Shown in pieces: positions 1 to 4,839 of a stretch of DNA of 5,677 nucleotides (positions within the stretch are counted from its first letter, which is position 1; every line of letters starts with the position of its first letter). The stretch is from a virus, in IMG/VR virus record IMGVR_UViG_3300045988_010322, positions 1 through 5,677 of that record. The stretch is one strand, 5' to 3'. Position numbers and translations under genes: made by a program. The notes under the pieces were generated by a model. It was not told where the DNA came from. It saw only the letters and a program-made list of their open reading frames with translations, and did not search any database.

Positions 1-127
1 ACGGCAAAAGAAACCAAAAACTGGGAAGAAGCCAGTTACATGCAGAGTATCATGCAAAACATTGGTTCAAGCAGCGCAAAAACCGTCGGAAACATTACAC
101 AGACCGCAAATAACACCTACAACAACG
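1..127. repeat. Terminal redundancy, left copy; exact duplicate of 5551-5677, marking a circular 5550-nt genome
   Basis: Compared in 10-nt blocks, 1-127 and 5551-5677 are identical (acggcaaaagaaaccaaaaactgggaagaa...taacacctacaacaacg). The repeat sits at the extreme ends of the window, as expected for an assembly overlap of a circular molecule. Confidence 0.95.
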
Positions 128-264
128 AACAGTCTGGCAGAAAGACTACAACACCGACAACCGTAGAAGCAGGCAAAAATATCGTAGACGCTGGAAACAA
201 AGCGAAAACAAAGGCAGCAGGTGCAGCACTGTACGGCCTTGGAAAAGCAATGCGAAAATGGTAA
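1..264 (+). CDS. VP2: 3' portion of the VP2 minor capsid / DNA pilot protein gene (5'-truncated by linearisation; continues from 4840-5550)
   Basis: Reading frame 1 is open from nt 1 to TAA at 262-264. It is in frame with the ORF starting at 4840 once 5551 is equated with 1. The joined gene is 975 nt, or 324 aa. The track ORF 40-264 is only its internal-Met tail. Confidence 0.85.
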   Translation, partial: TAKETKNWEEASYMQSIMQNIGSSSAKTVGNITQTANNTYNNEQSGRKTTTPTTVEAGKNIVDAGNKAKTKAAGAALYGLGKAMRKW

Positions 265-293
265 TTGACACACACACAAGGGAGGTGTATAAT
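265..293 (+). promoter_or_regulatory. Consensus sigma70/sigmaA-type promoter (TTGACA, 17 nt, TATAAT)
   Basis: TTGACA lies at 265-270 and TATAAT at 288-293, with a spacer of exactly 17 nt (271-287). It starts immediately after the VP2 stop and lies about 40 nt upstream of the next SD-led ORF. The spacer contains an (AC)5 run at 268-278. Confidence 0.7.
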
Positions 294-334
294 ATGGGTG
301 TAACAATCATACACTTAAAGTAGGAGGATATACC

Positions 335-505
335 ATGAGAAGTCAAATAGTCGAAAGAATGAACATCAATTTGACAGTAAAAGAAGTAGAGAACCTGAAT
401 TGGCTCTATGAATACTTCAAATGCATGAAATACAATAAGTCAGACTGTGTAAGAGAAGCGATCAACCAGCTAACTTTTACACTGAAAGGAGAACAAAGTG
501 AATGA
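335..505 (+). CDS. Small 56-aa protein with a predicted ribbon-helix-helix-like fold (putative DNA-binding regulator)
   Basis: AGGAGG at 322-327 lies 7 nt before ATG 335, and the stop is TGA 503-505. My translation is MRSQIVERMNINLTVKEVENLNWLYEYFKCMKYNKSDCVREAINQLTFTLKGEQSE. It shows an alternating-hydrophobic strand (INLTV), a helix (KEVENLNWLYEYF), a turn and a second helix (SDCVREAINQL). It is below the length cut-off of the supplied ORF track. Confidence 0.6.
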   Translation: MRSQIVERMNINLTVKEVENLNWLYEYFKCMKYNKSDCVREAINQLTFTLKGEQSE

Positions 506-580
506 GTTACGGCTACCGCCTCACTCAGGGAAGCAACATTTGTCCATAACGAGAAGCGAGCAGAATCTAAATTTTGTGTC

Positions 581-621
581 AATGGGCCCCAATAAGATCA
601 AGAGGCTTATTGGGGCCCATT
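581..621 (+). repeat. Perfect 16-bp inverted repeat (stem-loop) with a 9-nt loop, 3 nt upstream of the VP4 Shine-Dalgarno
   Basis: AATGGGCCCCAATAAG (581-596) is the exact reverse complement of CTTATTGGGGCCCATT (606-621). The loop is ATCAAGAGG (597-605). No T-run follows, so it is not an intrinsic terminator. Confidence 0.9.
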
Positions 622-645
622 CAGGGAAGGAGGCATGAAACATCT

Positions 646-1749
646 ATGCCATGCACGAGGCCGTTGGTTAGAACCGTCATCAACAGACAAGAAAGAGTGG
701 TCAGCCTGAAGGCATACTTGTCAAAAATAGGCGAAAGGCTAGAGTTTGACGCAGATCAGAAACAGCAGAAGTGGAACGAACAACGAGTTAAAAAGCTGCT
801 CAAAGAACAGAACGCTCAGCTGCTACCATGCGGGCACTGTCCTGGATGCAAAATGGCGAATGCAGCATCCTGGGCAAACAGAATGGAGATGGAGCTGCCA
901 TACCATGAAAACGCCTGGTTTCTGACGCTCACCTATGATAACGAAAATGTCCCATATCGAGCGACATGGGACACACTGACAGGCGAAATGATAACAGAAA
1001 ACCTCAGTCTATGCTATGAGGACATGCAAAAATTCTGGAAACGACTGAGAAGGCACATAGAGTACCACGAAAAAAGAAAAGGCAAACTGATGTATTTCCA
1101 AGCCGGTGAATACGGCAGCAAGACACACAGACCACACTATCACGCAATTGTCTACGATCTACCAATAAAACAGGAAGACTTAAAAATTTACAAGAAAGCG
1201 AGAGGGTTCACATACTATAACTGCGAATGGCTAGAAAAAATCTGGAGCATGGGCCACGTCATCCTAGCACCAGCAGAATGGAGATCAATGGCCTACACAG
1301 CAAGGTACACAACAAAAAAGATTTACGGAAAGGACGGTAAAAAATTTTATGAAGAACTAGGCATCTTACCGGAACAATGCAATATGAGCAAAAAGCCGGC
1401 AATCGGCGCACAATACTATTACGACCATGCAGCGGAAATCTACGAAAGAGATCAAATCCAACTCAAGAACGGAAAGCTCTGTAAACCGCCAAGATACTTT
1501 GACAAGCTTTTCGACATCGACCATGGAGCAAAACCGTTGACAGATGAAGAAGTGCTAAAAATTGAAGATATAACAGAAAAAGCCGAATCCGAAGAACTGA
1601 AAGCAATTAAACGAGAACGCCGAAGAATCGCGAACGACGCTCTCTTTGCTCAGCTCAAGCAGACCGGCCTGACCATGCAGGATTATTATAACCTGAAAGA
1701 CAAAAAAATGCAAGAACGAATGAGCAAATTGATTCGCACAGAGGTCTAA
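646..1749 (+). CDS. VP4: VP4 replication initiation protein (HUH rolling-circle endonuclease, phiX174 gpA family)
   Basis: The HUH motif is RPHYHAIVYD (HYH codons at 1135-1143). The paired catalytic tyrosines are AYTARYTTKK (Tyr codons at 1294-1296 and 1306-1308, a Y-x-x-K/R-Y pattern as in gpA). The Cys cluster LPCGHCPGC and the block FLTLTYDNENVP are typical of microvirus VP4. I chose the start at ATG 646 (MPCTRPL..., the M-x-C-x-x-P N-terminus common in VP4). GGAAGGAGG at 625-633 lies upstream. The track start at 574 is a TTG with no SD inside the hairpin region. Confidence 0.9.
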   Translation: MPCTRPLVRTVINRQERVVSLKAYLSKIGERLEFDADQKQQKWNEQRVKKLLKEQNAQLLPCGHCPGCKMANAASWANRMEMELPYHENAWFLTLTYDNENVPYRATWDTLTGEMITENLSLCYEDMQKFWKRLRRHIEYHEKRKGKLMYFQAGEYGSKTHRPHYHAIVYDLPIKQEDLKIYKKARGFTYYNCEWLEKIWSMGHVILAPAEWRSMAYTARYTTKKIYGKDGKKFYEELGILPEQCNMSKKPAIGAQYYYDHAAEIYERDQIQLKNGKLCKPPRYFDKLFDIDHGAKPLTDEEVLKIEDITEKAESEELKAIKRERRRIANDALFAQLKQTGLTMQDYYNLKDKKMQERMSKLIRTEV

Positions 1750-1812
1750 GCCATCTACAAACAACGAGAACGGCCAATAAGAGCACAAACCGAAATCTAA
1801 CCTAAAAGCTAC

Positions 1813-1854
1813 GCTGTCCTCTCATCGTCGGCCGACCACGGCCGATCGGACAGC
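1813..1854 (+). repeat. Nested GC-rich hairpin in the post-VP4 intergenic region
   Basis: The outer stem is GCTGTCC (1813-1819) paired with GGACAGC (1848-1854). The inner stem is TCGGCCG (1828-1834) paired with CGGCCGA (1839-1845), with loop ACCA. The region contains the 6-bp palindromes CGGCCG (twice) and CGATCG. Confidence 0.8.
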
Positions 1855-1894
1855 CAAAAACTCAAAGAATACGAAAACAAATAACTAAAATCAT

Positions 1895-1928
1895 CAAGGT
1901 GGACAAAATCCCACCTTGTTTTTTTTTT
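1895..1928 (+). terminator. Rho-independent terminator ending the VP4 transcription unit
   Basis: CAAGGTGG (1895-1902) pairs with CCACCTTG (1911-1918) around an 8-nt loop. A run of 10 T (1919-1928) follows directly. It lies about 145 nt after the VP4 stop. Confidence 0.85.
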
Positions 1929-1979
1929 ATTTTGATAGAATGAAAATATAAACAAAATTACAGAAAGGAGGTTAAAAAA
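1929..1979 (+). promoter_or_regulatory. AT-rich leader of the structural operon; possible weak promoter
   Basis: A -35-like TTGATA lies at 1932-1937. TAGAAT (1936-1941) and TATAAA (1947-1952) are -10-like. No pair has 16-18 nt spacing, so this call rests on position only: between a terminator and the first SD-led gene. Confidence 0.25.
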
Positions 1980-2087
1980 ATGGTAACTTTACAGGACATC
2001 AACGCAATTTTCCGACACCTGAAGAAAATCCTGCACATGCTGGATAAGATCTATCACACACTGGAACTCGATAAGGAGGAAGAGTAA
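1980..2087 (+). CDS. 35-aa hypothetical protein (predicted single amphipathic helix)
   Basis: AAAGGAGGT at 1964-1972 lies 7 nt before ATG 1980. The stop TAA 2085-2087 overlaps the next ATG (TAATG). My translation is MVTLQDINAIFRHLKKILHMLDKIYHTLELDKEEE, with heptad-like Leu/Ile spacing and an acidic tail. Confidence 0.45.
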   Translation: MVTLQDINAIFRHLKKILHMLDKIYHTLELDKEEE

Positions 2088-2206
2088 TGACACACCGCAG
2101 CACTGTAAAACCAAAGACCGACAAGAAGGTTTTCACCAACACGGCAAAGAAAACCAAAAAGATCAATGTCAATCCGAAGCCCAGCAGAGGAGGAATTCGA
2201 CTGTGA
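2087..2206 (+). CDS. 39-aa highly basic protein, likely the DNA-binding/packaging protein (phiX J / gokushovirus VP8 analogue)
   Basis: AAGGAGGA at 2073-2080 lies 6 nt before ATG 2087, and the stop is TGA 2204-2206. My translation is MTHRSTVKPKTDKKVFTNTAKKTKKINVNPKPSRGGIRL. It has about 11 Lys/Arg against 1 acidic residue. From memory, the C-terminal RGGIRL resembles the tail of small basic microvirus proteins. Confidence 0.65.
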   Translation: MTHRSTVKPKTDKKVFTNTAKKTKKINVNPKPSRGGIRL

Positions 2207-2403
2207 AGAACATCAAGAACATGGCATGCTGTACACTGACAATCAGACTGAGGTACGACACAGCAGCCGAGATTGATGATCTGGCAGAAGAACTGGGATG
2301 CAGCGTGCCAGCAGCGACACGAAAAGCAATCGAATATGGGATAAGATATCACAAAAATGATATCATCAACGAAGTTATGGAGGATAACAACAATGACTTT
2401 TGA
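2203..2403 (+). CDS. 66-aa protein with a ribbon-helix-helix (CopG/Arc/MetJ-like) pattern and an acidic C-terminal tail
   Basis: AGGAGG at 2188-2193 lies 9 nt before GTG 2203, which overlaps the previous stop (GTGA). The alternative start ATG 2221 has no SD. The sequence reads ..CCTLTIRLRYDTAAEIDDLAEELGCSVPAATRKAIEYGIRYH... This gives a beta strand (LTIRL), helix 1 (AAEIDDLAEELG), a Gly turn and helix 2 (PAATRKAIEYGI). Confidence 0.6.
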   Translation: MKNIKNMACCTLTIRLRYDTAAEIDDLAEELGCSVPAATRKAIEYGIRYHKNDIINEVMEDNNNDF

Positions 2404-2650
2404 ACTTTATGCAATCAAAGACGAACTCGCTGGAACCTTCGGAAACATCATGGTCATCAATCCGATTGTGAAAGAAAGAACCTTCAAGTGGATGACCCAG
2501 GAGATGGAAAAAAGCGACTGCGAAGATAAGCGGTTCTATCATCTGGGCCAGTACGACACAGAAACCGGCATGATCTCGCCCTGCATGCCAGAACTGGAAT
2601 GGAACATCGAACAGATGAAAAAGAACATGGAGGAGAAAAAGCATGGTTAA
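2393..2650 (+). CDS. VP5: VP5-like non-structural protein (85 aa)
   Basis: GGAGG at 2379-2383 lies 9 nt before ATG 2393; the track start at 2357 has no SD. MTFELYAIKDELAGTFGNIMV...FYHLGQYDTETGMI matches my recollection of gokushovirus VP5 (N-terminal F-x-hydrophobic-x-D-x-x-x-G-x-F, and a later Y-x-hydrophobic-G-x-[FY]-D-x-x-T-G). Its position directly upstream of the scaffold gene also fits. Confidence 0.6.
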   Translation: MTFELYAIKDELAGTFGNIMVINPIVKERTFKWMTQEMEKSDCEDKRFYHLGQYDTETGMISPCMPELEWNIEQMKKNMEEKKHG

Positions 2651-3134
2651 AATCTTTACACCATATGAAGATGAAAAACCGAAAAGAGTACCAAACAATC
2701 CGGGAAATATTATGGAGCCGCAATACAAAGAGCGGTACGATGAAAACGGCAACGCCTACCTTGAGCAGGTCGGAGAGATCAACACGTATGAAAAAATCCA
2801 GAGCTACAAAGACGAAGTCGACCCTATGAGCATCCTTGCAAGGTATGCAGCAGGTGATACAACGGTCATGGCTAACCCGGGATGGTACATCGACACAAGC
2901 AAGTTACCTGCAAACTACATCGAGTGGCGGAACCTGATGAACGAACAGAAAGAAAAATTCGAGACACTGCCGCTGGAAATCCGAAATAAGTTCAATAACA
3001 GCTTTGACCAATGGGCAGCAACCGCAGGAGAAGAAAGCTGGATGAAAGCAATGGGGTTTGAAAAACAGCAAAGTGCACAAACAGAGCCAGCTGCAGCAAC
3101 AGAAACAGTTGTGCAAAAAGGAGAAAATAAATGA
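2643..3134 (+). CDS. VP3: VP3 internal scaffolding protein (163 aa)
   Basis: GGAGG at 2629-2633 lies 9 nt before ATG 2643, and the gene overlaps the VP5 stop by 8 nt. YEKIQSYKDEVDPMSILARYAAGD and FETLPLEIRNKFNNSFDQW resemble conserved gokushovirus VP3 blocks. The stop overlaps the VP1 start (ATGA at 3131-3134). Confidence 0.75.
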   Translation: MVKIFTPYEDEKPKRVPNNPGNIMEPQYKERYDENGNAYLEQVGEINTYEKIQSYKDEVDPMSILARYAAGDTTVMANPGWYIDTSKLPANYIEWRNLMNEQKEKFETLPLEIRNKFNNSFDQWAATAGEESWMKAMGFEKQQSAQTEPAAATETVVQKGENK

Positions 3135-4828
3135 ACCGAAACAGTGAGCAACATTACAACCAGGTGCCGCACGCAGAAATCCGAAGAAGCCGTTTCAAAA
3201 GAGATTTCTCACTGCTGACCACGATCAACGAAGGCGATCTGGTACCAATTTATGTCGATGAAGTGTTACCTGGAGACACCTTCAAAATCGATGTAAACGG
3301 TTTGGTTCGCATGGCAACTCCGCTCTATCCGGTCATGGATAACTGCAACATGGACATTTTTTTCTTCTTCGTGCCGTGTCGCCTGCTCTGGGACCACTTT
3401 GTTAACATGATGGGACAAAACGATTCAAGTTACTGGGCAGAACCGACAGAATACACAACACCAGTCGTAAAAGTGGAATGGGAAAAAGGGTACCCAGTCG
3501 GAAGTATCGCAGACTACATGGGAATCCCAACAGGAATAAACGGAATAAAAGTAAATAAAATGCCATTCCAAGCATATGTAAAAATATGGAACGAGTGGTT
3601 CAGAGACGAAAACCTCCAGCAGCCAGCAATGGAAGATACAACAGACAAAACAGAAATATTCAGTGAAAGAGACTGGACGGATGATACAGCAATAGGCCAT
3701 GTAAAAGGAGGAAGACTACTCAAAGTCTGCAAACACAAAGACTACTTCACCAGCAGTTTGCCACAGCCGCAGAAAGGCCAGGCTGTGCCGCTGCCGCTGA
3801 CGGGAAATGCACCGTTAAGAGCGTACACCACACCAGAACAAACCCAAACAAAAACAGGAACCGGATTTTTCAATAACGAGTACAACACCGGTATTGTGAA
3901 TCACACAAACATCTCATTCACAAACCAAGGGACGAAATTCAGCCTGAACAAAAATAACAACGGAAACACAGCACCGGCAAGCGGTGGACAATATCTCGAA
4001 ACAATGAGCCAGGATGATGCAAACTTCCTGGATGCATGGGTCGGAACGGATCTAAGCTCAGTAACCGCTACCACAATCAACGAACTCCGAAACGCTATCG
4101 CAGTGCAGCACATCCTGGAACGAGATGCCAGAACCGGAACCAGGTACAAAGAAATCCTAAAAGGAGCCTGGGGTGTAACATCGCCGGATGCACGCCTTGA
4201 CCGAAGCGAATACATCGGCGGATACAGAATGCCGATCAACATCAATCAGGTCATCCAAACGTCAAGTACCAACACGACAAGCCCGCAGGGCAACACGGCA
4301 GCCTACAGCATGACAACCATGTCCAAACACATGTGCACCTACAGCGCAACAGAGCACGGCTATGTGCTGGGCCTATGCTGCGTGCGAGTAGATCACAGCT
4401 ACCAGCAGGGTTTGAGCAGATTGTGGACGAGAAGCACAAGATTCAGCTACTACGACCCAATGCTGGCAAACCTGGGAGAGCAGCCGGTACTGAACCAGGA
4501 AATCTATGCACAGGGCAACACAAAGGATGAAGAAGTTTTCGGCTACCAGGAAGCCTGGGCAGATTACAAGTACCGAACAAACATGGTAACGTCCGAGATG
4601 CGCAGCACCTACGCACAGAGCCTGGATGCCTGGCACTACGCAGACCATTACACAAGCCTGCCGACACTGTCGAGCGACTGGATCAAAGAGGGCAACGAAA
4701 ACATCGCCAGGACATTGGCAGTTGAGGACAACAAACACTCGTACCAGTTCATCTGCAACTTCTACTATGACCAGACCTGGACAAGACCCATGCCGATCTA
4801 CAGCATACCAGGACTTGATACGATCTAA
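3131..4828 (+). CDS. VP1: VP1 major capsid protein (565 aa, Microviridae F-protein family)
   Basis: AAGGAG at 3118-3123 lies 7 nt before ATG 3131. Hallmark blocks are GDLVPIYVDEVLPGDTF, MDIFFFFVPCRLLWD, QAYVKIWNEWFRDENLQ, TINELRNAIAVQHILERDARTGTRY and FGYQEAWADYKY. It is the longest ORF in the window. Confidence 0.95.
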   Translation: MNRNSEQHYNQVPHAEIRRSRFKRDFSLLTTINEGDLVPIYVDEVLPGDTFKIDVNGLVRMATPLYPVMDNCNMDIFFFFVPCRLLWDHFVNMMGQNDSSYWAEPTEYTTPVVKVEWEKGYPVGSIADYMGIPTGINGIKVNKMPFQAYVKIWNEWFRDENLQQPAMEDTTDKTEIFSERDWTDDTAIGHVKGGRLLKVCKHKDYFTSSLPQPQKGQAVPLPLTGNAPLRAYTTPEQTQTKTGTGFFNNEYNTGIVNHTNISFTNQGTKFSLNKNNNGNTAPASGGQYLETMSQDDANFLDAWVGTDLSSVTATTINELRNAIAVQHILERDARTGTRYKEILKGAWGVTSPDARLDRSEYIGGYRMPININQVIQTSSTNTTSPQGNTAAYSMTTMSKHMCTYSATEHGYVLGLCCVRVDHSYQQGLSRLWTRSTRFSYYDPMLANLGEQPVLNQEIYAQGNTKDEEVFGYQEAWADYKYRTNMVTSEMRSTYAQSLDAWHYADHYTSLPTLSSDWIKEGNENIARTLAVEDNKHSYQFICNFYYDQTWTRPMPIYSIPGLDTI

Positions 4829-4839
4829 GGAGGTGCAAA

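Noticed and set aside
294-323. A 9-aa mini-ORF (MGVTIIHLK) with GGAGG at 281-285, whose TAG overlaps the SD of the next gene
   Set aside because: Its SD lies in the promoter spacer and its ATG lies upstream of the expected transcription start. It would therefore exist only on read-through transcripts from VP2. A role as a translational-coupling relay is conceivable but unsupported.
502-549. A 15-aa ORF (MSYGYRLTQGSNICP) coupled by ATGA to the 335-505 stop, and a GTG-initiated 46-aa frame at 498-638
   Set aside because: Both have weak or poorly spaced ribosome sites and no recognisable features. The longer one is largely the translated palindrome. I treat the region as non-coding.
540-573. 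A possible second promoter for VP4 (TTGTCC at 540-545 and TAAATT at 568-573)
   Set aside because: The spacer is 22 nt and both hexamers are weak. The consensus promoter at 265-293 upstream explains VP4 transcription more simply.
574-645. The track's extended VP4 start (TTG at 574, MCQWAPIRS...)
   Set aside because: It is a non-ATG start with no SD, and the extension is encoded by the two arms of the 581-621 palindrome. ATG 646 follows GGAAGGAGG and gives the VP4-typical MPCxxP N-terminus.
635-709. A 24-aa ORF from ATG 635, out of frame with VP4
   Set aside because: The ATG lies only 1 nt after AGGAGG (628-633), which is too close for initiation. The product is short and featureless and overlaps the VP4 start. 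It could at most act as a decoy start.
2357-2392. The track's longer start for the VP5-like ORF (ATG 2357)
   Set aside because: No SD precedes 2357, whereas GGAGG lies 9 nt upstream of ATG 2393. The N-terminus MTFELYAIKD fits the VP5 pattern.
3573-3590. CATATGTAAAAATATG, a dif/Xer-like short palindrome that might suggest XerCD-mediated lysogeny as in enterobacterial gokushovirus prophages
   Set aside because: It has only 5-bp arms, lies inside the conserved VP1 coding sequence and shows no real similarity to dif arm consensus sequences. I found no dif-like 28-mer in either intergenic region and no integrase, so there is no sequence support for integration.
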